Positions 1 to 8,470 are shown, counted from the first letter of the stretch. The stretch: 64,000 bases of DNA from Dehalococcoidia bacterium (GCA_034422735.1 DAOUJL010000033.1:5012-69011), one strand, 5' to 3'. Program-made: numbers and translations. Notes: generated from the letters alone by a model not told the origin.

Positions 1-146
1 GTGCCGGCGAAATTCAGCGGCCTGTCCTGGATCTCGATACGCTCCTCCAGCAGTGCGATGGGTGCCTCAGCTTTCAGGCGCTCGACCTCCTCGCGCTTGG
101 CGTCCACGATAGTCTTGAGGATGTCCGGGGTGTTGGGGTCGATCAT
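1..146 (-). CDS. trpC: indole-3-glycerol phosphate synthase, N-terminal fragment (gene runs off the left edge)
   Basis: The reverse strand from ATG 146..144 reads MIDPNTPDILKTIVDAKREEVERLKAEAPIALLEERIEIQDRPLNFAG..., a typical TrpC N-terminus. ATGA start/stop overlap with the upstream HAD gene. Lies in the trp operon. Absent from the ORF track because it is truncated. Confidence 0.7.
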   Translation of the reverse strand, partial: MIDPNTPDILKTIVDAKREEVERLKAEAPIALLEERIEIQDRPLNFAG

Positions 147-827
147 GCGCCTCTCCACGCATCCACTAGATCGGGCAGATCGGCCACGCTCTGCGCCGGG
201 CCGAGCGCATCGTAGTCGTCGAAGGCCTCTCGCGGCGTCACGCCCGTCAGCACGGGCAGGAACGGCACGCACGCCCTGCGGGCCGTTTCGGCGTTGGTCC
301 TGCTGTCCCCGACGTAGAGCGCCAGGGGAGGCTCACTGCCGAGCCCCGACACTGCGCTCAGCAGACCGCCGGGGTGCGGCTTCAGCTCCGGGGCAGTGTC
401 CGCGCCCACTATCACGTCGAAGACGCCCTCCAGCCCGTCGCGGGCGAGTATGGTGTCGATGCGGGTCTTGAACTTCTGCGTGACAATCCCCATCGCGACG
501 CGCCGCTCCCTCAGCTCGGACAGCACACTGGGCACGAACTCGTACAGCATGGTAGAGTCTGCCATCACCTCGTCGGCCTTCTCCACGAAGAGCCGGATGT
601 ACTCCTCGGCGCGGCCCCTGTGCTGCTCGCCCGCCAGCGCGACCAGCGAGTTTTCGAGCGACAGCCCTATCGTGGCGCAGATGGCGTCGTCGCTCGCTGG
701 AGACAGGCCCATGCCGGTCAGCGCGTGGTTCGCAGCCTCAATCACCCCGGTCGAGGAGTCTCCAAGCGTGTAGTCGAAGTCGAACACGATAGCCGTCGGC
801 CAGCCCTCCGGAGTCCCGCGATCCAGC

Positions 828-835
<8 letters not shown>
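143..835 (-). CDS. HAD-superfamily phosphatase (phosphoglycolate-phosphatase-like) embedded in the trp operon
   Basis: 230-aa ORF. HAD motif I FDFDYTLGDS (DxDxT) and motif IV-like YVGDSRTNAETA. Overlaps the trpD stop by 8 nt and the trpC start by 4 nt (ATGA). Confidence 0.75.
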
Positions 836-1841
<1,006 letters not shown>

Positions 1842-1845
1842 GGCG

Positions 1846-2415
1846 TCACCCTTCGGTGTTCAGAAAGTTGCGCAGCAGGTCGTGGCCCACCTTGGTCATG
1901 ACCGACTCCGGGTGGAACTGGATGCCCTCCACCTTGTCGCTCTTGTGGCGCAGCCCCATCACTATGCCGTTGTCGGTCCACGCGGTGACCTCGAGCTCGT
2001 CGGGCAGGTCCTGCGGGTAGACGGCCAGCGAGTGGTAGCGAATCGCCTCGAACGGGTTGGGCAGACCGGCGAACACGCCCTTGCCGTCGTGGTGGATGAG
2101 CGACGTCTTGCCGTGCATGATCTCTCCGGCGCCGCCGACGACGCCTCCGTAGGCGTAGCCGATGCACTGGTGGCCGAGGCAGACGCCCAGCGTGGGGACC
2201 TTCGGTCCGAAGTGCCGCACCACGTCGTTGGATATGCCCGCCTTTTCGGGCGTGCACGGGCCGGGCGAAATGACTATCTTCTCCGGCGCGAGGTCCTCGA
2301 TCTCCTCCAGCGTAATCTCGTCGTTCCGGGCGACACTCACGTCCGCGCCCAACTCGCAGAGGTACTGGTATATGTTGTAGGTGAAGCTGTCATAGTTGTC
2401 TATCAGCAGAATCAC
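1846..2415 (-). CDS. trpG: anthranilate synthase component II (glutamine amidotransferase)
   Basis: 189 aa, GTG start. MILLIDNYDSFTYNIYQYL..., catalytic GVCLGHQ and FHPES motifs. Confidence 0.92.
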   Translation of the reverse strand: MILLIDNYDSFTYNIYQYLCELGADVSVARNDEITLEEIEDLAPEKIVISPGPCTPEKAGISNDVVRHFGPKVPTLGVCLGHQCIGYAYGGVVGGAGEIMHGKTSLIHHDGKGVFAGLPNPFEAIRYHSLAVYPQDLPDELEVTAWTDNGIVMGLRHKSDKVEGIQFHPESVMTKVGHDLLRNFLNTEG

Positions 2416-2419
2416 TTCT

Positions 2420-2507
2420 CACCCCCATCCTAGCCTTCCCCCATCAAGGGGGAAGGGACTTGTGGGCACCCCCATCCTAGCCTTCCCCCACCGAGGGGGA
2501 AGGGACC
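2420..2507. repeat. two tandem copies of a 41-nt GC-hairpin REP-like element (period 47 nt) in the trpE-trpG spacer
   Basis: Copy 1 is 2420..2460 and copy 2 is 2467..2507. Each reads CACCCCCATCCTAG-CCTTCCCCC-N5-GGGGGAAGG-GAC, with 9-bp perfect stems at 2434-2442/2448-2456 and 2481-2489/2495-2503. The same family occurs inverted at 63284..63366. Confidence 0.85.
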
Positions 2508-2518
2508 TCCAAGTCTCG

Positions 2519-3985
2519 CTACCCGCCGCCTTCGGCCTGGTCGATGGCGCGCATGACGGCGGACGCCTTGTGAATCGTTTCCTCGTACTCGGACGCCGGT
2601 ATGCTGTCGAACACGATGCCGCCTCCCGCTTGAGCGTACGCCACGCCGTCCTTGACCACCAGCGTCCGGATGGTGATGGCGGTGTCCATGTTCCCGGAGA
2701 AGTCGAAGTAGCCGACCGCGCCGGCGTAAGGTCCGCGTTTGACCGGCTCCAGCTCGGCTATGATCTCCATGGCGCGGATCTTGGGCGCGCCGGAGACCGT
2801 TCCCGCCGGGAAGCACGCCCTGAGCGCGTCGAAGCTTGTAGCGTCGTCGCGCAGTTTGCCCTCGACGTGCGAGACCAGGTGCATGACGTGGGAGTAGCGC
2901 TCGACCTCCATCAGCTCGGTCACGCGGACGCTGCCCGGCTCGCTCACACGGCCCACGTCGTTCCTCGACAGGTCCAGCAGCATGATGTGTTCGGCGCGCT
3001 CTTTCTCGTCGGTGCGCATCCTGTGCTCCAGCGCGGCGTCCTCCTCATCCGTAGCGCCGCGCGGCAGCGTGCCCGCTATGGGGTGCATGGCGATGTTACC
3101 GTCCTCGACCTGCACCAGCATTTCGGGGGACGCGCCCACGATCTGGAAGCCGTCCAGTTCGAGGTAGTACATGTACGGCGACGGGTTGATGGCGCGAAGC
3201 GCGCGGTATATCTCGAACGGGTTGGCATCGGTGGGGCGCGCGAACCGCTGGGAGGGGACGGCCTGGATGATGTCGCCATCGACCACGTACTGCTTGGCAC
3301 GTACCACGTTCGCCTCGAACTGCTCGCGCTCCATGTTCGGGGTCACTTGCCGCGACTCGCTCGGCTCGCGGGCCGGGGGATACAGCGGACCGCGCAGCCG
3401 ATCCACCAGTTCGTCGATCCGGCCCACCGCGTCCCGGTAGGCGGCCTCCACGTCACCGTCCAGGTGCGCGTGGCTCACCACCCTCAGCTTGTGTCCGACG
3501 TGGTCGAATACCACGAAGGTGGTGGTCAGCATGAAGATGGACTCCGGCACGCCCAGGGTGTCCTTCTCCGGTGAGGGCAACCGCTCGAAATAGTTGACCG
3601 CCTCGTAGGAGAGATAGCCGACCATACCCCCGTTGAAGCGCACCGCCGGACCTATGTCGGCGATGGTGAACTCGGACAGCGCCTTCTCCACCGGAATCAG
3701 CGGATCGACCGCCCCCTCCGCCTGCCCCGGCCCTGTCTTGACTATGCGCGTCGGCTCCGTCCCGATGAAGCTGTAGCGTGCGAGCTGCTCCCCGCCCTCC
3801 ACGCTTTCGAGCAGAAAGGAGTACGGTTTCCGCGCGACCTTCAGGTAGGCCGATACCGGCGTCTCCAGGTCGGCGTTTATCTCGACGTAGACCGGCACCA
3901 GGTTGGCCGACTTTCCCAGCCGCTTCACCTCCTCGAGGGAGGGATAGTATTTCTGGTTGGTTGCTCGTGTCCCTGCGCTGGTCAT
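2519..3985 (-). CDS. trpE: anthranilate synthase component I
   Basis: 488 aa from ATG 3985 (MTSAGTRATNQKYYPSLEEV...). Has LLESVEGGE and the chorismate-binding C-terminus (GAPKIRAMEII..., GGGIVFDS). The 798-aa ORF-track version is an arbitrary upstream extension across trpS. ATGA overlap with the trpS stop. Confidence 0.92.
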   Translation of the reverse strand: MTSAGTRATNQKYYPSLEEVKRLGKSANLVPVYVEINADLETPVSAYLKVARKPYSFLLESVEGGEQLARYSFIGTEPTRIVKTGPGQAEGAVDPLIPVEKALSEFTIADIGPAVRFNGGMVGYLSYEAVNYFERLPSPEKDTLGVPESIFMLTTTFVVFDHVGHKLRVVSHAHLDGDVEAAYRDAVGRIDELVDRLRGPLYPPAREPSESRQVTPNMEREQFEANVVRAKQYVVDGDIIQAVPSQRFARPTDANPFEIYRALRAINPSPYMYYLELDGFQIVGASPEMLVQVEDGNIAMHPIAGTLPRGATDEEDAALEHRMRTDEKERAEHIMLLDLSRNDVGRVSEPGSVRVTELMEVERYSHVMHLVSHVEGKLRDDATSFDALRACFPAGTVSGAPKIRAMEIIAELEPVKRGPYAGAVGYFDFSGNMDTAITIRTLVVKDGVAYAQAGGGIVFDSIPASEYEETIHKASAVMRAIDQAEGGG

Positions 3986-5043
3986 CCCTTCCTCCCGGGC
4001 AGTATCAGGCCCATGCGATGTTTCACTTCCTCCAGCTTGGGATCGGCGACCGCGCGCGCCTGGTCGGCGCCCCTCTCCAACAGCCGGTCCAACTCGGCGA
4101 CGTCCTCCATAAGCCGGTTGTGGCGCTCCCGGATGGGCGTCAGCGCCTCGATGACGACCTCCGCCACCCTGTTCTTCAGGTCGCCGTAGCCGCGGGCGTC
4201 GGCGAAGTCGGACTCCACCTCCGCCTCGGTCTTGTCGGTTATCACCTTGTAGATACCCAGCAGGTTGTTCACGCCCGCCCGGTCCGGCTCGTCGGAAAAG
4301 CGGATTTCGTTCTCGTTGTCGGTCACGGCGCGCCGGATGGAGCGCTGGATCTCGGCGGGTTCGTCGAGCAGCCGCACCGCGTGGCCGCGAATGTGCGAGA
4401 AGCTCTTGGACATCTTGACGTTGGGGTCGTTGAGCCCCATCACGCGGCCGCCGATTTCGGGAATGACCGCCTCCGGCACCACGAACGTGTCGCCGTAGAC
4501 GCGGTTGAACCGCTGGGCGATGTCGCGGGCAAGCTCCACGTGCTGCCGCTGGTCCTCGCCGACCGGCACTTCGTGCGCGTCGTACAGGATGATGTCGCCC
4601 GCCATCAGCACCGGATAGTCCAGCAGCCCGGTCGACACCCGCTCCTGGTTGTCCGCCTTCTCCTTGAACTGCGTCATGCGCTCCAGCCAGCCCACCGGCG
4701 TGACGCAGTTCAGCAGCCAGCACCCCTCCGCGTGCGCGGTGACGTGGCTCTGGATGAAGATGGTGCTCTTGTCCGGGTCCAGCCCCGCCGCGAACAGCAT
4801 CGCCGCCAGCGAGCGCGTCTGGTGGCGCAGCTCGTCGGGGTCCTGCGGCGTGGTGAGGGCGTGCAGGTCCACGATGCAGAAGAAGTTCTCCTTTTCCGCC
4901 TGCCTGTCCGCCCAACCCTTGATGGCGCCCAGGTAGTTGCCGAGCTGCACGTCGCCGCTCGGCTGGATGCCGCTGAACACACGCCTTCGAGTCTGGCTGG
5001 ACTCGCTTGCCCGCTCGTTCTCGGTCTTGACCTGCGTGCTCAT
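3982..5043 (-). CDS. trpS: tryptophan--tRNA ligase
   Basis: 353 aa from ATG 5043, with GGAGG about 8 nt upstream. Class I aaRS features: SGIQPSGDVQLGNYLGA and the KMSKS loop (VKMSKSF). Preceded by a Trp T-box. Confidence 0.93.
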   Translation of the reverse strand: MSTQVKTENERASESSQTRRRVFSGIQPSGDVQLGNYLGAIKGWADRQAEKENFFCIVDLHALTTPQDPDELRHQTRSLAAMLFAAGLDPDKSTIFIQSHVTAHAEGCWLLNCVTPVGWLERMTQFKEKADNQERVSTGLLDYPVLMAGDIILYDAHEVPVGEDQRQHVELARDIAQRFNRVYGDTFVVPEAVIPEIGGRVMGLNDPNVKMSKSFSHIRGHAVRLLDEPAEIQRSIRRAVTDNENEIRFSDEPDRAGVNNLLGIYKVITDKTEAEVESDFADARGYGDLKNRVAEVVIEALTPIRERHNRLMEDVAELDRLLERGADQARAVADPKLEEVKHRMGLILPGRKG

Positions 5044-5072
5044 TCCTGTTCCTCCAAGTGTACCTTCACCCA

Positions 5073-5103
5073 ACAAAAAACCCGTCCTGACAAGGGACGG
5101 GTT
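5073..5103 (-). terminator. intrinsic terminator of the T-box leader
   Basis: Minus strand reads AACCCGTCC-CTTGTCA-GGACGGGTT followed by TTTTGTTGGG. 9-bp stem at 5103..5095/5087..5079. Lies about 30 nt upstream of the trpS ATG. Its 5' arm can alternatively pair with the T-box sequence. Confidence 0.8.
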
Positions 5104-5352
5104 CTCAATCCGTGGTGCCACCCAATTTCAGCCGCCAGCACGGGCGGCATCTCTGGCAGACGGGGAGGAGCCGCGCAATGCGCAACCTCCGCATCTTGGG
5201 CTGTGATAACGGCGCCCATCCCGTCCCGCCCTACAACCGGCGACCGACCGATATTCGGGTGGCGGCTCCCAGGTCCATTCAGCTTCCGCGCCAGCGCCGG
5301 CTCTCACCTTGCCCGGCTCTCTGAGGCCCCGCTTGGAAGCGTACTACTCCTG
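5073..5352 (-). promoter_or_regulatory. T-box riboswitch leader, Trp specifier (UGG)
   Basis: Minus strand shows: conserved T-box sequence AAATTGGGTGGCACCACGG (5128..5110); stem I with AGAGAG (5322..5317) and GGTGAGAG (5308..5301); stem base GCTTCC/GGAAGC; a specifier loop reading GAA-UGG-A with UGG at 5277..5275; then the terminator hairpin. Confidence 0.85.
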
Positions 5353-5385
5353 TTCTTAGCCTTTCGAATCTGAAATGTCCGACAA

Positions 5386-5415
5386 AGTATAGAGACCGTT
5401 TTCCAGAAATGTCAA
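5386..5415 (-). promoter_or_regulatory. sigma70-type promoter of the T-box/trpS-trp operon
   Basis: Minus strand: -35 TTGACA (5415..5410), 18-nt spacer, -10 TATACT (5391..5386). Confidence 0.6.
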
Positions 5416-5440
5416 GCGATGGACTCGCCGGCAAACGAAG

Positions 5441-5469
5441 TTGCAGGCTGCACACTAACTAACTACAAT
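5441..5469 (+). promoter_or_regulatory. sigma70-type promoter of the PIN toxin-antitoxin-like pair
   Basis: -35 TTGCAG (5441..5446), 17-nt spacer, -10 TACAAT (5464..5469). Lies in an AT-richer stretch divergent from the T-box promoter. Confidence 0.55.
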
Positions 5470-5515
5470 ACTATATGGAGGAAGCATCCGAGGATCTTTG
5501 AGGAGGATACACGGC

Positions 5516-5923
5516 ATGACGATAGACCGAGCCAAGATGTACCGAGATATGGCGCTTCGAGGCAAGTATCGCAACTTGTACACGCACCTATGCGGCCTTC
5601 CTGCCCAGGAGTGGCGGACGACCTTCAGCGAGATCGAGTCTATCCTGGGCTTCGAATTACCCGCGTCAGCGCGTCTTCACCGGCCCTGGTGGGCAAATCA
5701 GAGCGCCAGTAGCGGGCACAGCCATGCGCTTGCCTGGGGCGTCGCCGGTTGGGAGACAGCGGAGGTCGACATGGACGCGGAGACGCTGTTGCTTAGACCG
5801 ACGAGGCACAAGGAGACCAAGCGCAGGCCCAGGCTCGATGAGTTTTGGCCCGTCCACCCGACGGCGGTGTTCCCGGAAGGCTTGAGCCTCAGGAGAGAGG
5901 ATATGTACGAGGACAGGATTTAG
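5516..5923 (+). CDS. hypothetical protein; putative atypical antitoxin/partner of the downstream PIN toxin
   Basis: 135 aa from ATG 5516, with GAGGAGG 8 nt upstream. Ends 6 nt before the PIN gene. The N-terminal part has the motif ...TTFSEIESILGFELPASARLHRPWWANQ. The C-terminal part ends ...LSLRREDMYEDRI. No recognisable AbrB/RHH/Phd fold by eye. Confidence 0.5.
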   Translation: MTIDRAKMYRDMALRGKYRNLYTHLCGLPAQEWRTTFSEIESILGFELPASARLHRPWWANQSASSGHSHALAWGVAGWETAEVDMDAETLLLRPTRHKETKRRPRLDEFWPVHPTAVFPEGLSLRREDMYEDRI

Positions 5924-5929
5924 CCCGCC

Positions 5930-6352
5930 ATGTTCATAGACACCAACGTTCTCGTAAGCTCCCGTTTCCACAACGCCCCTGACCACGACGTTGCTAGAGC
6001 GAGATTGGAGCGCGCCATCCAGAGCGACGAGCCACTGACAATAAGCCGGCAGGTAGTCCGAGAGTACCTTGCCGTCGTCACGCGGCCACAATCGTGGCGA
6101 GTCGGAATCGGCCGGGAAGAAGCGATAGACGACGCCAACTCACTGCTGGCCAACTTCGAGGTGTTGGAAGACGGTCACGATGTCACAGAGGTTTTGCTTT
6201 CGCTCTGCCGTGAGGTTCCTGGCGGAGGGCGACAAATCCATGACGCCAATATCGTGGCGACCATGTTGGCGCACGGAGAGCGCAGACTGCTTACGTTCAA
6301 CACGCGGGACTTCCGACGTTTCGGAGGTCACATAGAGCTGGTGGATCGCTAA
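5930..6352 (+). CDS. vapC: PIN-domain ribonuclease, type II toxin VapC family
   Basis: 140 aa. MFIDTNVL (first acidic residue), ...VVREYL..., IHDANIVATM and TFNTRDFRRF give the four conserved acidic positions of PIN domains. Confidence 0.85.
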   Translation: MFIDTNVLVSSRFHNAPDHDVARARLERAIQSDEPLTISRQVVREYLAVVTRPQSWRVGIGREEAIDDANSLLANFEVLEDGHDVTEVLLSLCREVPGGGRQIHDANIVATMLAHGERRLLTFNTRDFRRFGGHIELVDR

Positions 6353-6493
6353 AGGCTGTCATGCCCCGAAAATATCCGCCGCCCGATCCAACGGCTGGCG
6401 TCGGGCCTAGGCCTTGGTGCCACGTACGGTGACGTACTGGCGGCGCCCGTGTGCGTTGCAGCCCTGGTTGACGGTCGGCTCACACGTGCCGGC

Positions 6494-6521
6494 GCTGCGT
6501 TATTTGAGCGAGCCGTTCATG
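6494..6521. repeat. 28-nt direct repeat, copy A (duplicate of the 113-aa/101-aa gene junction)
   Basis: GCTGCGTTATTTGAGCGAGCCGTTCATG versus copy B GCTGCGTTGTCTGAGCGATCCGTTCATG (25/28 identical), 302 nt apart. On the minus strand copy A reads ATGAACGGCTCGCTCAAATAA (MNGSLK*), overlapping the stop of the 101-aa gene. Confidence 0.8.
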
Positions 6522-6822
6522 CGTGATTCCAAGTACGAGTAGCCTTGACTCTGGTCTGCTCGGATACTCGATTCGAAGTGATGATCTTCTCCAGAGCGTC
6601 CTTTGCGCGTCTAGCCCGTATGATGCTTCGGGCTTTGCTTGTACGCGATTGACAGGACTTCCAAGTATAGTCACGGTCTCGGCAAATCTGTTCGGCAATA
6701 TCTCGGCTTGAGAGTTTGCAGTTATTGAACAGATCGAAGTAGGTGACGAAGCACTCCATCCCTACTGACATGAGATTCCTCTCCCAGGAGTCGACGCTGC
6801 GTTGTCTGAGCGATCCGTTCAT
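6517..6822 (-). CDS. hypothetical protein (101 aa), low-GC islet
   Basis: ATGA-coupled to the upstream 113-aa gene. AT-richer codon usage than the rest of the window. I recognise no family. Basic C-terminal half (SRTSKARSIIRARRAKDALEKIITSNRVSEQTRVKA). Confidence 0.55.
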   Translation of the reverse strand: MNGSLRQRSVDSWERNLMSVGMECFVTYFDLFNNCKLSSRDIAEQICRDRDYTWKSCQSRTSKARSIIRARRAKDALEKIITSNRVSEQTRVKATRTWNHA

Positions 6823-6823
6823 G
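6796..6823. repeat. 28-nt direct repeat, copy B
   Basis: Spans the stop of the 113-aa gene and the first 8 codons (MNGSLRQR) of the 101-aa gene. See copy A at 6494..6521. Confidence 0.8.
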
Positions 6824-7160
6824 GGCGGGCGTTAGCGAACTCCTCTCGGGTCGGCGGCAACTGCGCAAACCAGTCTGTGGCAAAGACCGCCTCCCTGTCT
6901 CTGTCCAGATCGTCACCGCTGTACGTGCCTGGGCGTCCAGTCCCCATTGCAACAACAATCACAGTGATGTCGGGCAATTGCCTCAGCTTACAAAAGGCTG
7001 AAATACAATTTAGATGAGGTCCGAAACCGAAATCAAGCACACCCCATCCAATGAGCCCAGTTATTCTCCCGTAGAATATCGTCTGCCGGTTCGATGCACT
7101 TGAAATGAGAACCTGCCAGATCTGTAGGCAGCGGGTCTCGAAATCAATGAGTGGCGGCAT
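6819..7160 (-). CDS. hypothetical protein (113 aa), low-GC islet
   Basis: ATG 7160 with AAGGAG about 11 nt upstream. Local GC is about 42-50% against about 65% in the flanks. The stretch ...QTIFYGRITGLIGW...LNCISAFCKLRQLPDITVIVVAMGTGRPGTYS weakly recalls an MGMT/Atl-like winged helix without the catalytic PCHR. Confidence 0.55.
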   Translation of the reverse strand: MPPLIDFETRCLQIWQVLISSASNRQTIFYGRITGLIGWGVLDFGFGPHLNCISAFCKLRQLPDITVIVVAMGTGRPGTYSGDDLDRDREAVFATDWFAQLPPTREEFANARP

Positions 7161-7234
7161 TTTTCTTCACTCCTTCTCCATCCAGCCGTTCGTCTTCAGC
7201 GCCTCTACCGCCTCGTGTGAATGCCACCCTGCCT

Positions 7235-8470
7235 CTACCGGGGAGAGGTGTCTGCCGGTTCCAGCAGCCGCTCCACCCTGTCCAGTAGCCGGCAGCCCAC
7301 ATCGTACTTGCTCATCAGCGGCAGCTCCTCCACCCCACCCTCGCGGTCCAGCAGCACCACCTTGTTGGTGTCCACCGCGAACCCGCTTCCGGGCGAGGTG
7401 ATGTCGTTCGCCGCAATGAGGTGAAGGCCCTTACCGATGAGCTTGGCCTGGGCGTTTTCCAGCAGGTCCTCGCTCTCGGCAGCAAAGCCTACCTTGACGA
7501 GCTTCTCGCCCGTTGCCTCCGCGAGAATGTCGGGATTCTTGGTGAGCTCGATGGTCCAGGTGTCCGACTCGCCCTTCTTGACCTTCTGGTCTGCCGCGGA
7601 AACCGGTCGCCAGTCCGCCACCGCCGCCGCCATCACCAGTGCGTCCGCGTCGCGGCACTCTGCGAACACAGCATCGCGCATTTGGAGCGCCGTGCCGACC
7701 TTGACGACACGCACGCCCACGGGATCCGGCAGCGCCGTCGGCGCGGACACGATGACCGCCGAAGCTCCGCGGTCGCGCGCAGCCTCCGCTATGGCGAAGC
7801 CCATCTTGCCGGACGAGCGGTTGGCTATCACGCGCACCGGATCGAGCGGTTCCTCCGTGCCTCCCGCGCTCACCACGATCTTGCGGTTCACCAGGCTGCC
7901 ATTCCTGGCGAGGGCAACCTTCGCTAGCTCGATGATCTCCGCTGGCTCAACCATGCGCCCCCGCCCCACAAGCCCCGAGGCCATGCGTCCGCTCGCCGGC
8001 CCGGCGATCACGACACCCCTCTTGCGCAGCCTCTCCACGTTCTGCTGCGTGGCGGCGTTCTCGTACATGTTGGCGTCCATCGCGGGCGCCACTATCACCG
8101 GGGCTACTGTCGCCAGCACCGTGGTCGTCAGTGCGTCGTCCGCGAAGCCCCACGCCAGCTTGGCCATCGTGTTGGCCGTGGCGGGCGCGATGACGATCAC
8201 GTCAGCCCGCTCCGCCATCGCGATGTGGTCCATGCTCAGCTCGGACTGCGGATCATACACGTCCGTCACCACCGGCCCGTGGGTGATGCTGCCGAACGTC
8301 AGCGGTGTCAGGAAGTTGGTCGCGCCCCTCGTCAGCACCACGTCCACCACGGCGCCCGCCTGCGTAAGCTTGCTCGCCAGGTCGACCGCCTTGAAGCAGG
8401 CGATGCTGCCTGTCACGCCGAGCACCACGCGCCTGCCCTCAAGCGGACTAGCCATCGCCGCTGCCTCCAT
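7235..8470 (-). CDS. coaBC: bifunctional phosphopantothenoylcysteine decarboxylase / phosphopantothenate-cysteine ligase
   Basis: 411 aa. N-terminal flavoprotein domain (VVLGVTGSIACFKAVDLASKL) and C-terminal CoaB domain (SAGGTEEPLDPVRVIANRSSGKMG). The start may instead be M6 at 8455. Confidence 0.92.
   Translation of the reverse strand: MEAAAMASPLEGRRVVLGVTGSIACFKAVDLASKLTQAGAVVDVVLTRGATNFLTPLTFGSITHGPVVTDVYDPQSELSMDHIAMAERADVIVIAPATANTMAKLAWGFADDALTTTVLATVAPVIVAPAMDANMYENAATQQNVERLRKRGVVIAGPASGRMASGLVGRGRMVEPAEIIELAKVALARNGSLVNRKIVVSAGGTEEPLDPVRVIANRSSGKMGFAIAEAARDRGASAVIVSAPTALPDPVGVRVVKVGTALQMRDAVFAECRDADALVMAAAVADWRPVSAADQKVKKGESDTWTIELTKNPDILAEATGEKLVKVGFAAESEDLLENAQAKLIGKGLHLIAANDITSPGSGFAVDTNKVVLLDREGGVEELPLMSKYDVGCRLLDRVERLLEPADTSPR

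Noticed and set aside
2519-4915. 798-aa ORF suggesting a much longer TrpE
   Set aside because: The N-terminal 310 residues are Arg/Gly/Ala-rich nonsense lying antisense-frame across trpS. Homology-like sequence begins at ATG 3985 (MTSAGTRATNQKYYPSLEEV). That ATG overlaps the trpS stop by ATGA.
3778-5373. 531-aa plus-strand ORF across trpS and the T-box leader. Similar long antisense ORFs occur at 24001..25317, 32111..33073, 39394..41460, 44079..45842 and 53034..53942.
   Set aside because: These are typical high-GC shadow ORFs. They have low-complexity Arg/Ala/Pro/Gly composition and no recognisable motifs. Each is fully overlapped by a gene with clear family signatures on the other strand.
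6494-6823. The 28-nt direct repeats as integron attC or cassette boundaries
   Set aside because: The GTT-containing cores (GTTATTT / GTTGTCT) do not fit the GTTRRRY core site. I see no imperfect inverted attC structure. No intI gene is present.
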